The notes beneath the pieces are model-generated. The model was not told the DNA's origin and did not search any database. It saw only the letters and a list, made by a program, of their open reading frames with translations. From Patescibacteria group bacterium (GTDB lineage: Bacteria > Patescibacteriota > Patescibacteriia > SBBC01 > CAIJZX01): a stretch of DNA of 64,000 nucleotides. The stretch is taken from contig JBBTRH010000007.1 in the NCBI GenBank assembly GCA_038065275.1, forward strand, positions 2,873 through 66,872. Reading direction: 5' to 3'. This document shows positions 17,683 to 29,681 of this stretch, piece after piece. Numbering within the stretch: the stretch's first letter is position 1; the number at the start of each line of letters is the position of its first letter. A program made the translations under genes and the position numbers.

Positions 17683-20600
17683 TTACGTCGCGGCGTTTTG
17701 GGCCGCTAGTTCATTCGCGGCGTTTTGGCGTTGATGAAGTTCGAATCCGGTCCCGGCCGGAATCGGTTTACCGATGATCACATTCTCCTTCAACCCGCGA
17801 AGCGGATCGATCTTACCCGAAACGGCGGCGTCGATTAAGACGCGGGCGGTTTCCTGGAATGAGGCGGCGGACAGCCAGCTTTCGGTGGTCAACGATGATT
17901 TCGTCACGCCGAGCAGGAGCGGTTCAATCTCCGGCGGCGACTTTTTTAGCCTGGCGATCAGCTCGTCGGCGACCGCCCGATCGACGATTTCCCCGACTAC
18001 TAGTTCAGTCCCGCCAGCCGACTTAACGTAGGCGCGGGAGAACATCTGGCGGACGATGATCTCGATGTGCTTGTCATTCAGGTATTGGCCCTGCGACGAA
18101 TAGATGAACTGGATTTCCTTGATGATGTATTTCTGCACCGCCTGACGGCCCTGGAGAACGTAGAGTTCCTGGAGATTAATCGATCCGTCGGTCAAGACGG
18201 CGCCGACATCCACCAGGTCGCCGTCGTTGACCCGCAAGATGGTATTGCCGGCCACGTCGAAGTCGGTCGTCGCTTGATGATCAAACTCGACGTAGGCCGC
18301 GGTAGGAGCGATCTTGACGATGCCGGCGCGTTTGGCCGTCACCGTCTTCTCGCCGATCGTCATCAGTAGCGCGCCGGCACTAACCCGAGCGCCGTCCTTG
18401 ACCTGGAGAACGGCTTTCACCTTGGCCCGCGCCTTCGGCAGGTCATAGCGGTCGTGGCCTGGCGCTTGATGGGCGAGCTTGATCACCCGGTGGTCGCCGC
18501 TGGAATCGATCTGTACTTGACCGGCCACGGTCGCTAACAGGGCCGGCGATTTCACCGGTCGGGCCTCGAACAACTCCTCGACCCGCGGCAAACCTTGAGT
18601 AATGTCATCACCACCGGCCACGCCGCCGGTATGGAACGTGCGCATGGTCAGCTGGGTGCCCGGTTCGCCGATTGATTGGGCAGCAATGATGCCAACGGCG
18701 GTGCCAATCTGCACCAGATCATTCCGGGCCAGGTCGTATCCGTAACAACGCTGGCAAACCCCCCGCACCGCTTTGCAGGACAGGACGGAGCGGATGGTGG
18801 CGGAGGTAAGGCGGGCCTTTTTTAGTTTGGCGACGATTTTCGGCGTCAACAGTTCGCCGTTCTTCACTAGCGTCTTCCCCTTCCCGTCGACCAGATCGGC
18901 CGCCAGCACCCGGCCGCTGATGCGGTGGATGATGTCGTAGCCCATCTCTTCGCTCTCGGCGGTGGTGATGGTGAACCCCTCAGTGTCGCCGCAGTCTTCC
19001 AGGTTGATCACCACATCCTGGGACACATCGACCAGCCGTCGCGTCAGATACCCGGCGTTAGCCGTCTTCAGCGCGGTGTCCGTTAGCCCTTTCCGCGCGC
19101 CGTGCGTGGAAATGAAGTATTCGAGCACATCGAACCCTTCCTTGAAACTGGCCTTGACCGGCAACTCGATAGTCTTCCCCGACGGGTTGCCGACCAACCC
19201 TTTCATGCCCATCATCTGGGTGGTTTGAGCCCACGATCCGCGCGCGCCGGAATTAATCATCATGTACACCGGGCCGAGCTTATTCAGCGTTTCTTTCGAA
19301 GCCGCTTGAATGTCTTCCTTAGCCGTCGTCCAGGTATTGATCACCCGGACATAGCGCTCGGTATCAGTCAGCAAACCGGCTTCGTAGGCTTCTTGAATTT
19401 CCCGGATGCGTTGTTCGGCGCGGGACAGAATGTCGGCTTTCTGGGCGGGGACTTCCAGGTCGCTCATGCCCCAGGAGATGCCGGACTGCGTGACGTATTT
19501 GAATCCGAAGTTCTTGACTGCGTCGAGCAGTTCAACCGTCCGCTCCTGGCCGAGCTCGACGAATGATCGTGAAACCAGCGCCGAGAGGGATTTCTTATCC
19601 ATGTTCTCGTTGATGAATCCGAGTTCCTTCGGCAAGATGCGGTTGAACAGAACGCGGCCGACCGTGGTGGCCATGCGTTCGCCCTCGATCCGGATAGTGA
19701 CCCGGGTCTGGAGGCCGATCCGGCCGGATTCGTAGGCTAGAATAGCCTCATCGGGGTGGGCAAAAGTGTAGTCTTTCTGGTCACCGGATTGAGTCATGTA
19801 GTAGCAACCCAAAACAATGTCCATGTTCGGCGTCATGACCGGCGTGCCGGTCGCCGGCTTGAGGAGGTTTTTCGTCGACATCATCAGGTTGGCCGCTTCC
19901 CACTTGGCCTGTTCGGTCAACGGCACGTGGACAGCCATCTGGTCGCCGTCGAAATCGGCATTAAAGGCACTGCAGACCAGCGGGTGGATCTGGATCGCCT
20001 TGCCTTCGATCAAAATGGGTTTGAAGGCTTGGATACCCAGGCGATGGAGGGTTGGGGCGCGGTTGAGGAGGACGGTCGCGCCCTTCGTCACCCCTTCCAA
20101 GATGTCCCAGACTTCGGGATGTCCGGCCTCAATGTACCGACCGGCGGAGCGGACGTTATGGACGTATTCGCGCTTGATCAACTCGGAGATGACGAACGGC
20201 CGAAAAAGTTCAAGGGCCATCCGTTTCGGCAGGCCGCACTGGTCGAGTCTGAGATACGGACCGATGACAATCACCGAACGGCCGGAGTAGTCGACCCGCT
20301 TGCCCAGGAGATTCTGACGGAACCGGCCTTGTTTGCCTTTCAGCATATCGGCGATTGAACGGAGCATCCGCTTTTGGCCGGTTGAGGCGGTGACCGTCTT
20401 GCCGTGACGGGCGCCGTTGTCGATCAAGGCGTCAACGGCTTCCTGTAGCATCCGTTTTTCGTTGCGGACGATGACTTCCGGAGCGTTAAGCTCAAGTAAT
20501 CGCTTCAGACGGTTATTCCGGTTAATGACCCGGCGGTACAGATCATTCAAGTCAGAGGTGGCGAACCGGCCGCCGTCGAGCTGGACCATCGGTCGGAGAT

Positions 20601-21552
20601 CGGGCGGGATGACCGGCATGACCGTCATGACCATCCACTCGGGCCGGATGCTGTTGGCTTTAAAATTCCTGGTCAGGCGCAGGCGGCGGATAATGCGGCG
20701 CTGTTTCGACTCGGTCGCTTTGGCCACCTCGTCTTCGAGTTGGGCGATCAATGCGTCGAGGTCGATGTTCGACAGCAGATGATGGATGCCTTCAGCGCCG
20801 ATCGAAGCCTCGAAAACATGGCCGTATTTCAGCGACAGGTCTTGGTAGGCTTGCTCCGTCAGGATTTGGAGCGGGGCTAAGTTGTTCAGTTCGCGCCGCG
20901 CCGTGGCCACCGCCTCGTCGAGGAGTTTCAGTTTCTCAATTTTGGCCAGGCTGAGATTCTGGCGGTCGGTCTCAATTTTGGATTTCGCTTTGGCGTCGGT
21001 CGTGCCGAGGATCTGCTGTTTCAACTGATTCGCTTGCTGTTGCCACTCGCCGTCGATCTGCTTCTTTTTCGAGCTGTATTCGCCGTCAAGCTGCTGGAGC
21101 GTTTCATGGCGCAGGTTCTCGTCAACCGCCGTAATGATGAAGTTGGCGAAGTAAATGACTTTCTCCAGGTCCTGGACGCCCAGGTCGAGCATCAGGCCGA
21201 TTTTCGACGGCACGCCGCGCAGGAACCAGATGTGGGACACCGGCGTGGCCAGGTTGATGTGGCCCATCCGTTCGCGCCGGACGACCGACCGGGTGACTTC
21301 GACGCCGCACTTGTCGCAAACGATGCCCTTGTAGCGGATGCGCTTGTACTTGCCGCAGAAACATTCCCAGTCTTTCGAGGGTCCGAAGATTTCTTCGGCG
21401 AACAGTCCGGATTTTTCCGGTTTCTGGGTGCGGTAGTTAATCGTCTCCGGCTTGGTGACTTCGCCGAATGACCAGCGGTGGACGTCTTCCGGCGACGCCA
21501 CTTTCAAGCGGATGGCTTTGAAGTCGACGGCGTGGGTTTCTTCGTAGGGCAT
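17683..21552 (-). CDS. rpoC: RNA polymerase beta' subunit
   Basis: KPETINYRT, Zn-ribbon, [10 protein letters not shown] catalytic motif; ATG 21552 preferred over TTG 21606. Confidence 0.98.
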   Translation of the reverse strand: MPYEETHAVDFKAIRLKVASPEDVHRWSFGEVTKPETINYRTQKPEKSGLFAEEIFGPSKDWECFCGKYKRIRYKGIVCDKCGVEVTRSVVRRERMGHINLATPVSHIWFLRGVPSKIGLMLDLGVQDLEKVIYFANFIITAVDENLRHETLQQLDGEYSSKKKQIDGEWQQQANQLKQQILGTTDAKAKSKIETDRQNLSLAKIEKLKLLDEAVATARRELNNLAPLQILTEQAYQDLSLKYGHVFEASIGAEGIHHLLSNIDLDALIAQLEDEVAKATESKQRRIIRRLRLTRNFKANSIRPEWMVMTVMPVIPPDLRPMVQLDGGRFATSDLNDLYRRVINRNNRLKRLLELNAPEVIVRNEKRMLQEAVDALIDNGARHGKTVTASTGQKRMLRSIADMLKGKQGRFRQNLLGKRVDYSGRSVIVIGPYLRLDQCGLPKRMALELFRPFVISELIKREYVHNVRSAGRYIEAGHPEVWDILEGVTKGATVLLNRAPTLHRLGIQAFKPILIEGKAIQIHPLVCSAFNADFDGDQMAVHVPLTEQAKWEAANLMMSTKNLLKPATGTPVMTPNMDIVLGCYYMTQSGDQKDYTFAHPDEAILAYESGRIGLQTRVTIRIEGERMATTVGRVLFNRILPKELGFINENMDKKSLSALVSRSFVELGQERTVELLDAVKNFGFKYVTQSGISWGMSDLEVPAQKADILSRAEQRIREIQEAYEAGLLTDTERYVRVINTWTTAKEDIQAASKETLNKLGPVYMMINSGARGSWAQTTQMMGMKGLVGNPSGKTIELPVKASFKEGFDVLEYFISTHGARKGLTDTALKTANAGYLTRRLVDVSQDVVINLEDCGDTEGFTITTAESEEMGYDIIHRISGRVLAADLVDGKGKTLVKNGELLTPKIVAKLKKARLTSATIRSVLSCKAVRGVCQRCYGYDLARNDLVQIGTAVGIIAAQSIGEPGTQLTMRTFHTGGVAGGDDITQGLPRVEELFEARPVKSPALLATVAGQVQIDSSGDHRVIKLAHQAPGHDRYDLPKARAKVKAVLQVKDGARVSAGALLMTIGEKTVTAKRAGIVKIAPTAAYVEFDHQATTDFDVAGNTILRVNDGDLVDVGAVLTDGSINLQELYVLQGRQAVQKYIIKEIQFIYSSQGQYLNDKHIEIIVRQMFSRAYVKSAGGTELVVGEIVDRAVADELIARLKKSPPEIEPLLLGVTKSSLTTESWLSAASFQETARVLIDAAVSGKIDPLRGLKENVIIGKPIPAGTGFELHQRQNAANELAAQNAAT

Positions 21553-21562
21553 ATGATATATT

Positions 21563-21618
21563 GGGTAGCTCGTTAGCTGACAAGCTATAGAGCTAACTGC
21601 TAACAAGCTAAAAAGCTA
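21563..21618. repeat. Degenerate 8-mer repeat between rpoB and rpoC
   Basis: AGCTATAG AGCTAACT GCTAACA AGCTAAAA AGCTA units with inverted TAGCT copies. Confidence 0.6.
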
Positions 21619-24600
21619 GGTCACCACTTTCTCTTCTTCCTTGAGCGTCTGGCCCTCTTTTTCTTCGATGAGGACCGGTGATTCTGGTGCGGGTAATTCT
21701 TCAGCGACAAGTGTATCGGGCGGAATCTCGTACTTCCGGTTCGGCCGCTCTTCTTCTTCCGGAGCTACTTGCGCGCCGATCAGGTCAACTTCGAGGCCGA
21801 GACCTTTGAGTTCGCGCACCAAGACATTAAACGATTCGGGAACGTTCAGTCGCTTGATCGGCTCTCCTTTGATGACGGATTCGTAGGCCTTCGAGCGGCC
21901 GGGAACATCGTCGGACTTGATGGTCAGAATTTCCTGCAAGGTCGCGGCCGCGCCGTAGGCTTCCAGGGCCCAGACTTCCATTTCCCCGAAGCGCTGGCCG
22001 CCGAACTGGGCCTTGCCGCCGAGCGGCTGTTGGGTGACTAGCGAGTACGGTCCGATCGAGCGCTGGTGGATCTTGTCCTCGACCAAGTGGTTGAGCTTCA
22101 GGACGTACATCACGCCGACGGTCACCGGCAGGTCGAATGGCTGGCCGGTCCGGCCGTTGTAGACGGTCATCTTGCCGTCCGCGGGCAAGCCAGCTGACCG
22201 TAAGAGCTCTTGAATTTTCGTCTCCGGCAGGCCGTCGAGCACCGGCGAGGCGACGTGGAGCCCCAGGCGCTTGGCGGCGATACCGAGGTGGGTCTCAAGG
22301 ATCTGACCGAGGTTCATGCGCGAAGCCACGCCCAGCGGATTAAGAATGATATCGACCGGCGTACCGTCAGCCAAGTAGGGCAGATCTTCGACCGCCACAA
22401 TGCGGGAGATGACGCCCTTGTTCCCATGACGACCGGCCATTTTATCACCCACCTGGATCTTCCGGAGCTGGGCCACCGACACCTGGATCTGCTTGATCAC
22501 GCCGGCCGGGAGTTTGTCGCCTTTGTCGCGGGAGAAGATTTTGATGTCGACGACTTTGCCGTGCTCGCCGTGTTCGAGATAGAGTGATGAGTCTTTGACG
22601 TCCTTAGCCTTGTCGCCGAAGATGGCGCGGAGTAGCTTCTCCTCGGCCGACAGCTCAGTTTCCCCTTTGGGCGTAATTTTGCCGACTAGGATATCGCCCG
22701 AAGCGACTTGGGCGCCGATGCGGACAATGCCCTCGTCGTCAAGGTCCTTGAGTTTCTCTTCGGAGATGTTCGGGATGTCGCGGGTGACAATTTCCGGGCC
22801 GAGTTTGGTATCGCGGACGTCGATAGTATAGTCTTCAATGTGGATCGACGTGTACCGGTCCTGGTGGACGACGCGCTCGGAGATGAGGATGGCATCTTCG
22901 TAATTGCCGCCCTCCCAGGGGATGAAAGCCACGACCAGGTTTTGACCGAGGGCCAGTTCGCCGTTCTCGGTGGCCGCGCCGTCCGCCAAGAGCGTGCCCT
23001 TGGCCACCGACTGACCCGGCTTGACGACCGGCTTCTGGTTAATCGACGTCGAGGCATTGGAGCGGAAGAAATTGCGCAGGTGGTAGCTACGGACATTACC
23101 ATCGTCTTCCATCACCTGCACCTCACTCGCTTGGACCTTGATGACTCGACCGGCTTTCTGGGTCAAGACGACCTGCCCGGAATCGGCCGCCGCTCGGCTT
23201 TCGACGCCGGTGCCGACGATTGGCGCTTCCGGCTTAATGCAGGACACGGCTTGTCGCTGCATATTCGTACCCATCAAGGCCCGCACCGCGTCGTCATGTT
23301 CAAGAAATGGGATTAAGGCGGTGGCAATGGAGACGATCTGTTTGGGTGAGACGTCCATGTAGTCGACGGTCTCGACCGCCGCCATAGTCGGTTCGCCGTG
23401 CCGGCGGACTTCGACTTTCTCCTGAACAAAGTACCCGTGCTCGTCGAGCGCGGTGGTCGCCGCGGTGGTGACGTGGCGTTCCTCCGTGAAGGCATCGAGG
23501 TAGAGCACGTCCTTCGTCGCTCGCGGTTTGACCGGGATCGTCTGCCGATTGGTGTCCTTGAGCCGCTTGGCCTGGGCCGGGGATATTTTTTCGCCCGACT
23601 TAACGACGTTGTCGAAATCTTCACGGGCTATTTCACCGATCGCCGCTTCACCGTCATTCGGCACGTCGTGAACGACCTTGCGGAATGGCGTCTCGATAAA
23701 GCCGTAATCGTTGACCCGGGCGTAGCTGGCTAGGTGGCCGACCAAGCCGATGTTCGGGCCTTCCGGGGTAGCGATCGGGCAAATGCGGCCGTAGTGCGTG
23801 CGATGGACGTCGCGGACGTCGAACCCGGCCCGTTCGCGAGACAGGCCGCCGGGGCCCATGGCTGAGAGGCGGCGCTTATGCTCAAGCTCAGCCAGCGGGT
23901 TCGTCTGGTCCATGAACTGCGACAGCTGGGAACTCATGAAGAATTCCTTGATGGCGCCGATCACCGGCCGGGCGTTGATCAGCTGGTTGGGAGTCAGGGT
24001 GTTAATGTCGAGCGTCGACATCCGGTCTTTAATGATCCGCTCCATCCGCGCCAGCCCGACCCGGAATTTGTTCTGGACCAGCTCGCCGATGGCGCGGACG
24101 CGGCGGTTGCCGAGATGGTCGATGTCGTCCGGTTCCTGCTGGGAGTTATTCAAGCGGATGATTTGCTTGACGATTTCGATAATGTCCTGCCGCTGGAGGA
24201 CGCGGAACTCGGGCGTGATCGGGAAATCAAAATTGAAACGGGTGTTCAGTTTGTAGCGGCCGACCCGGCCGAAGTCGTAGCGGTCAAAGGAGAAGAACAT
24301 CTTGTGGATCAGGTCGCGGGCGTTATCGATGGTCGCCAGGTCGCCCGGACGGATCCGCTTGTAGACTTCTTTCAATCCTTCCGCTTCGTCGTGTGACACA
24401 TCCTTAGCGATCGTCGCGGCCAAGTATTTGACCTTCGGGTTCGTGTCCACGTCTTTAAACAGCTCGAATTGTTCGGCATCCGTCGGCGTGCCGAAAGCAC
24501 GCAAGAGCGCGGTGATCGGCACCTTGCGCTTGCGGTCGATTTTGACGGTGATGACGCCGTTGACGTCCGTTTCGAGTTCCAACCAAGCGCCGCGGTTGGG

Positions 24601-25077
24601 AATGATCTTGGCTCCGTAGTAGCGGCGGCCGCGGATGCTTTCGGCGGTAAAAAAGACGCCGGCTGAGCGGATCAGCTGGCTGACAACCACGCGTTCGATG
24701 CCGTTGACGATGAACGTCCCGCGATCGGTCATCAGCGGAAAGTCACCGAGGTAGATTTCTTGTTCCTTTATTTCGCCAGTCTTCTTGTTCACCAGGCGGA
24801 CCTGAACGCGCAACGCCGCTTCGTAGGTGACGTTCTTGGTCTTAGCCGTCACCTCGTCGAACTTCGGTTCGTCGAGGTAATAATCAAGGAAGGACAGCTC
24901 CAGGTCGCGGCCGATGAAGTCGCGCACCGGCGAGATCTCGGCAAACAGCTCCTTCAGTCCGTCGCGGAAGAACCAGTCGTAGCTTCGTTGCTGGATTTCG
25001 ATCAGGTTCGGCAACGACGTCGCTTCGTGCAACGTCGTGAAGTACTTCCGCTCGGCCACTGTCGCTTGGTCAGACAT
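21616..25077 (-). CDS. rpoB: RNA polymerase beta subunit
   Basis: [34 protein letters not shown]. Confidence 0.98.
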   Translation of the reverse strand: MSDQATVAERKYFTTLHEATSLPNLIEIQQRSYDWFFRDGLKELFAEISPVRDFIGRDLELSFLDYYLDEPKFDEVTAKTKNVTYEAALRVQVRLVNKKTGEIKEQEIYLGDFPLMTDRGTFIVNGIERVVVSQLIRSAGVFFTAESIRGRRYYGAKIIPNRGAWLELETDVNGVITVKIDRKRKVPITALLRAFGTPTDAEQFELFKDVDTNPKVKYLAATIAKDVSHDEAEGLKEVYKRIRPGDLATIDNARDLIHKMFFSFDRYDFGRVGRYKLNTRFNFDFPITPEFRVLQRQDIIEIVKQIIRLNNSQQEPDDIDHLGNRRVRAIGELVQNKFRVGLARMERIIKDRMSTLDINTLTPNQLINARPVIGAIKEFFMSSQLSQFMDQTNPLAELEHKRRLSAMGPGGLSRERAGFDVRDVHRTHYGRICPIATPEGPNIGLVGHLASYARVNDYGFIETPFRKVVHDVPNDGEAAIGEIAREDFDNVVKSGEKISPAQAKRLKDTNRQTIPVKPRATKDVLYLDAFTEERHVTTAATTALDEHGYFVQEKVEVRRHGEPTMAAVETVDYMDVSPKQIVSIATALIPFLEHDDAVRALMGTNMQRQAVSCIKPEAPIVGTGVESRAAADSGQVVLTQKAGRVIKVQASEVQVMEDDGNVRSYHLRNFFRSNASTSINQKPVVKPGQSVAKGTLLADGAATENGELALGQNLVVAFIPWEGGNYEDAILISERVVHQDRYTSIHIEDYTIDVRDTKLGPEIVTRDIPNISEEKLKDLDDEGIVRIGAQVASGDILVGKITPKGETELSAEEKLLRAIFGDKAKDVKDSSLYLEHGEHGKVVDIKIFSRDKGDKLPAGVIKQIQVSVAQLRKIQVGDKMAGRHGNKGVISRIVAVEDLPYLADGTPVDIILNPLGVASRMNLGQILETHLGIAAKRLGLHVASPVLDGLPETKIQELLRSAGLPADGKMTVYNGRTGQPFDLPVTVGVMYVLKLNHLVEDKIHQRSIGPYSLVTQQPLGGKAQFGGQRFGEMEVWALEAYGAAATLQEILTIKSDDVPGRSKAYESVIKGEPIKRLNVPESFNVLVRELKGLGLEVDLIGAQVAPEEEERPNRKYEIPPDTLVAEELPAPESPVLIEEKEGQTLKEEEKVVT

Positions 25078-25287
25078 GAAGAAAATACCCCATCCTCTCC
25101 TGGGCCGGAGAGTGGTTACGATTGCTCAGATTCCGCCCCGCACCAAGGGACGGCGGGCGCTCAAAGGCGCCGAGTATACGCTCAAAATATGGCTCAAAAT
25201 ACGCTAACTGATAATAACAACATTGTGCGTCCCTGTCAAGGATAAATGTGATAGGTTGTCAATACACAAATATTTAGCTAATGTTAG

Positions 25288-25388
25288 CCCCGTTAGAGGT
25301 GATAGCGAAAACAAGGTGGAGATTAGTTGTCGTTATCCACAGCAATGTGGCGTATTAAAAAAAGTAATTACATTCGCCTCTAACGGGG
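25288..25388. mobile_element. CCCGTTAG-family element
   Basis: CCCCGTTAGAGG...CCTCTAACGGGG flanked by TTAG/TTAG. Confidence 0.72.
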
Positions 25389-25598
25389 TTAGCCATCCTT
25401 TTTCGTCATGGTGTACAGCAACAAAAAACTATCCCCAATTATATCCAGAAGGTATCCACAGGAGGTAATTTCATAAATACACCTAATAATAACCGGCGAA
25501 AGTTGGTCCTGAGGAGCTATCGCTGGGGCACACCAATGGAGGCGGTGATCAGCGCCTCCCCATTGCCGACCCCCATTTCAATGCGTTAAGGTGTAGAC

Positions 25599-27002
25599 AT
25601 GGCTAATCAACTCTTCACTCCCGATTTGGCCCACTGGGTTTTTTCCCAAGCCTGGTTCCCTAAAGAACAAGAGTCGGCCTGGCACGAGCTCTGGTCGCCG
25701 GAACTATGGCCGGAGAATGATCGTCCGACCGATGAGACGCTGGAGATTTTTTTGAACCAGTGGATCATCTATGACCGGCCCACGTCGACGCACCATCGCA
25801 CGCCGCTTGAATTGTTCATCGATGCCAAGGTCAAACAGCGGCCGGTCGAGCGATCGGTGTTTGAAGGTTTCAAACGAAGTTGGGTCGGCGCGTTCGGCCT
25901 TGAGGCCATTCAGCCGCTCCAATCTATGCTCCTGCTCGACCTAGCCAGCGGGCGCCGATTCGAAGTTCAGGAACAGCAGGGCACCGTCGGCCCCCAAGTC
26001 GGCGACGTGCTGTTAGCCCGGATCCTCCCCTTCGGGCAGACCTTTCTCATCGGCGCCTCGTACGGGTTAGTCCAACAACCGGAGGCCGTGGCCATGCGGT
26101 ACACTTGGGATCGTTTGCGGCGGGACGGGCCGCTCCCGCCGTTAACCGCGCCGCAGTTGGCCCCGTTTATCATTCAACCGACGCCGGCCCTCCGGAAGTG
26201 GCAACTGATCGTCGAGTTGGATGATTTTTTGCGGGCGAAAAAGTACGCCGCTCAATCGGCGACGGCCATCGTCCGCGAGTTTGAGCGGCTCGACGATCCT
26301 AACGGGGTTCTCCGTCGCTTGCTGAACGAGGTGCCGCTGAAAACAACGGCCGAAGTAAACACCCTGTCGAGGCTCATCATCGAACTGTGGAACGCCTTTC
26401 AAGCGAAGGTTCCGCGGCGCGGCGAACCGGGTGCCGGCCCGATCGAAACGGCCATCATCCACGATCTGCTAACCAAGATGCAAGTTGAACAACCGACGTC
26501 CCACCTGAACGATTCCGACCAGGCGAAACGTTTCGGCGAGGAATGGTACCAACGCTACCTGCATCTCCCCCAGGCCGAGTTGCACGGACGCACGCCATGG
26601 CAGATGATCCTCGCCGAGCGGCAGGAGCGGGGCAATCCGGATACGGGCTGGCATTACGAATTCTCGGCCCAGCCCGTACCCAACCCGGCGGTCGCGAAAT
26701 TTCAACGATTGCTCGACAACGCCGTGGCGGCCCATCAAGACAAAAAATTCGGCCCCGCGCTCCGCCAGTACAAAAAATTATTATCCTACGGCGACGACCA
26801 GGTACCGGAAATCTGGCGGATCTACGGGAACGCCGGCGCTTGTGCCTGCGAACTCAACGACTTTGACGCGGCGGAAGAGTATTTCAAAAAAGCGCTTCGC
26901 CTCAATCCAAACTACAGTTTGGCTAAGAAAAATTTACGGCGGCTAAAGAAATTTCGCGCCTCGGGGCAACAGCCGCCGGGCGCTAACCGCCCAACCGCTT
27001 GA
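25599..27002 (+). CDS. Hypothetical protein with C-terminal TPR repeats
   Basis: TPR-like YGNAGACACELNDFDAAEEYFKKALRLNPNY; N-terminal W..YD...TP motif. Confidence 0.75.
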   Translation: MANQLFTPDLAHWVFSQAWFPKEQESAWHELWSPELWPENDRPTDETLEIFLNQWIIYDRPTSTHHRTPLELFIDAKVKQRPVERSVFEGFKRSWVGAFGLEAIQPLQSMLLLDLASGRRFEVQEQQGTVGPQVGDVLLARILPFGQTFLIGASYGLVQQPEAVAMRYTWDRLRRDGPLPPLTAPQLAPFIIQPTPALRKWQLIVELDDFLRAKKYAAQSATAIVREFERLDDPNGVLRRLLNEVPLKTTAEVNTLSRLIIELWNAFQAKVPRRGEPGAGPIETAIIHDLLTKMQVEQPTSHLNDSDQAKRFGEEWYQRYLHLPQAELHGRTPWQMILAERQERGNPDTGWHYEFSAQPVPNPAVAKFQRLLDNAVAAHQDKKFGPALRQYKKLLSYGDDQVPEIWRIYGNAGACACELNDFDAAEEYFKKALRLNPNYSLAKKNLRRLKKFRASGQQPPGANRPTA

Positions 27003-27027
27003 CACCCTGGTCGACGTCGAATACTAT
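26999..27027 (+). promoter_or_regulatory. Sigma70-type promoter for recQ
   Basis: TTGACA-17 nt-TACTAT. Confidence 0.6.
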
Positions 27028-27133
27028 ACCTTCAAGGTAAGTCGGTGGCGGAAAGTATGCGCCTCTATGTTAAAGAGCGCGGTGTTCGAGCGTGTTTGCC
27101 GTCCCATAAGCCTTCGCCGATTTCCATGATCCC

Positions 27134-28939
27134 ATGCGCGCCATCCTAAAAAAACATTTCGGGTACGAGGAATTTCGGCCCTTGCAAGCTGATATTATCA
27201 CTCATGTCCTGGCCCGGCGCGATGCGTTAGTCTTGATGCCGACCGGCGGAGGTAAGTCGCTGTGTTTTCAATTGCCGGCCCTAATGTCTGCGGGAATGAC
27301 CATCGTCGTTTCGCCGCTCATCTCGCTGATGAAAGATCAGGTCGACGCATTGCGAGCGAACGGCATCGCCGCCGCCCAGATCAACAGCGCCGTTGAGGGC
27401 GCCGCCATCGGCGAGATCAAACGACAAGCCGAGTCGGGACGGATAAAATTATTATATGTCGCGCCGGAACGATTAGCGATCCCGTCATTTCGGGCCTGGC
27501 TTAAAACTCTCGCTGTCTCGCTCATCGCGATTGACGAGGCGCATTGTATTTCCGAATGGGGCCACGATTTTCGACCGGATTATCGTACCTTGTGCACGCT
27601 CCGGCCGTATTTCCCCGGCGTATCGGTGTTGGCTCTGACCGCCACCGCAACCGACCGCGTGCGGCGGGACATAATCAAGCAATTGCGCCTCAGCCAACCG
27701 CGGATATTCGTGTCCAGTTTCAATCGCCCCAACCTGACCTACACCGTGCGGCCAAAGCGCAACGCCTTCCCAGTGTTGGTCGATTTACTGCGCCAAGACC
27801 CCCACGCCAGCGCGATCATTTATTGTTTTTCCCGCACCGGCACGGAAAAACTGGCTGACAAACTTAGGCGGCAGGGTTTTGTAGCCGAAGCCTACCACGC
27901 CGGTTTAGACAGCGAGACCCGCCGCCAGACGCAAGAACGGTTTATCCGCGATGAAACGCGGATCATCGTCGCCACCATTGCTTTCGGGATGGGGATTGAT
28001 AAACCGGATGTACGGTTGGTCATCCATTATGACCTGCCTAAATCCGTCGAAAATTACTATCAAGAGACCGGCCGCGCTGGACGCGACGGGTTGCCGAGCC
28101 AGTGTTTTCTTTTCTGGTCGTACGGCGACGTGATGAAGCATCGTTTTTTCATTCGAGAAATTGAGAATCCAGCCGAGCAACAGCGGGTCGAGGAAAAATT
28201 ACAGCAGATGGTACAGTATTGCGAACAACGGTCGTGCCGCCGACAATTCTTGCTGAACTATTTCGGAGAACAGTGGACGGCGGACGATTGTCGGGGCTGT
28301 GACATTTGTTTACCGTCAGTAGCGCCGGATGTAGCATCAATGCCGGCCCCGACCTTCGATCGCGAACTCTTTGAACAACTGCGGCAACTGCGCACTATGC
28401 TGGCCGACCAGCGCCGCGTGCCGCCCTTCGTCATTTTCGGCGACCGCAGTTTGCAGGAAATGGCGACCTATTATCCGCAAAACCTCGCCAGTTTCGCCCG
28501 CCTTTATGGCGTCGGCCAACGCAAAATCACCGACTTCGGCCCGCAATTTGTCCAGCTGATCCGCCGCCACGCCGCCGATAAAAACCTCAAAGAACTGGCC
28601 CGTCCGATTTGGCGCGAACGTGAAGCCGCCGACACGGATATTGTTAGCGCCACGTACGAGGAAACTAAGGCCCTGGTCAAACAAAAACTTTCCATCGCCG
28701 AGATAGCCAAGCGGCGCGGTTTAGTAACCGGCACTATAATGGGGCATCTCGAAAAAATTCACCGGATCGACCCGGCGCTCAACCTGGATTACCTGCGGCC
28801 GGAATCGACGCGCCTGGCAAAGATAACAGCCGCTTTCAAAAAAACTGGCGGCATGAGTTTGTCGCCGGTGCGTGAAATCCTGGGCGAGGAATATTCTTAT
28901 GACGAGTTGCGGTTGGCGAGGATGTTTGTGCGGTCGTAA
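27134..28939 (+). CDS. recQ: RecQ-family helicase (HRDC + C-terminal HTH)
   Basis: MPTGGGKSLCFQLP, DEAHCISEWGHDFRP, QETGRAGRDG, CRR..CRGCDIC, HRDC. Confidence 0.95.
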   Translation: MRAILKKHFGYEEFRPLQADIITHVLARRDALVLMPTGGGKSLCFQLPALMSAGMTIVVSPLISLMKDQVDALRANGIAAAQINSAVEGAAIGEIKRQAESGRIKLLYVAPERLAIPSFRAWLKTLAVSLIAIDEAHCISEWGHDFRPDYRTLCTLRPYFPGVSVLALTATATDRVRRDIIKQLRLSQPRIFVSSFNRPNLTYTVRPKRNAFPVLVDLLRQDPHASAIIYCFSRTGTEKLADKLRRQGFVAEAYHAGLDSETRRQTQERFIRDETRIIVATIAFGMGIDKPDVRLVIHYDLPKSVENYYQETGRAGRDGLPSQCFLFWSYGDVMKHRFFIREIENPAEQQRVEEKLQQMVQYCEQRSCRRQFLLNYFGEQWTADDCRGCDICLPSVAPDVASMPAPTFDRELFEQLRQLRTMLADQRRVPPFVIFGDRSLQEMATYYPQNLASFARLYGVGQRKITDFGPQFVQLIRRHAADKNLKELARPIWREREAADTDIVSATYEETKALVKQKLSIAEIAKRRGLVTGTIMGHLEKIHRIDPALNLDYLRPESTRLAKITAAFKKTGGMSLSPVREILGEEYSYDELRLARMFVRS

Positions 28940-28960
28940 AGCCCTGGGGGATTCATCGTC

Positions 28961-29143
28961 GACCTCCCCCGTCAAATAATAATGACAACCTTTGTTACAC
29001 AGAATAAACTACGCAATTAACAAAATCGTTGCCCCCCAACGCACCCCTCCTTCGTAAGGAGGGGTGTTTAAGACAAAACCGAAGACGTTTTTAACGATGC
29101 TGGTAATAGAAAGCACGAATGTTACTATTTGACGGGGGAGGTC
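28961..29143. mobile_element. ~180-bp MITE family 2, intact copy
   Basis: 18-bp perfect TIR GACCTCCCCCGTCAAATA / TATTTGACGGGGGAGGTC; central palindrome. Confidence 0.8.
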
Positions 29144-29681
29144 AACGTCGCACTTCCAGAACCCCTAATGCCATCAACCCCCGATACGCCGTTTCGCCGT
29201 CGGTCATTTTTCCTTCGGCCAGCATTGTGAAAAACGTTTTCATTGACACGGTTACGACTTCGATGGCTTCGTATTCGTCATTCTTCGGTTTTTGCGCCGC
29301 TTTCGCATTGGTGAATAAAAAATGGTGGCGCCAGCCGTCTGACCATCCATCATTAGATGTTCTGCCTAATGAGCGGCTATGTCCACGATATCCGGTTTCT
29401 TCAAGAACTTCACGAATCACCGCTTGCCTCGGTGTCTCGCGGCGGTCGATCCTTCCGCCTGGAAGTTCAAACATTACTCGTTCGACGCCGGGGCGGAATT
29501 GTTTCGCAATCACTACCTTGTTGTCAGGCGTAATAACCAGAGCGCAAACAATGTTCGGCCTATTGATTGTATAAAAGTCTCCCACTGCGCCATTCGGCAA
29601 CCGGAAACGCTTTTTTCGAAGTGACCGGAAGCGATTGATTTTGATAACGCGGTCGCTGATTTTTTCCCAGGCCAATCTCAT
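29142..29681 (-). CDS. NUDIX hydrolase (ADP-ribose pyrophosphatase-like)
   Basis: KQFRP, ELPGG.ID..E....AVIREVLEETGY Nudix box. Confidence 0.9.
   Translation of the reverse strand: MRLAWEKISDRVIKINRFRSLRKKRFRLPNGAVGDFYTINRPNIVCALVITPDNKVVIAKQFRPGVERVMFELPGGRIDRRETPRQAVIREVLEETGYRGHSRSLGRTSNDGWSDGWRHHFLFTNAKAAQKPKNDEYEAIEVVTVSMKTFFTMLAEGKMTDGETAYRGLMALGVLEVRR

Noticed and set aside
27040-27120. tRNA-Leu-like sequence upstream of recQ
   Set aside because: GGTGGCGGAA resembles a D-arm but no acceptor stem or proper T-arm could be built
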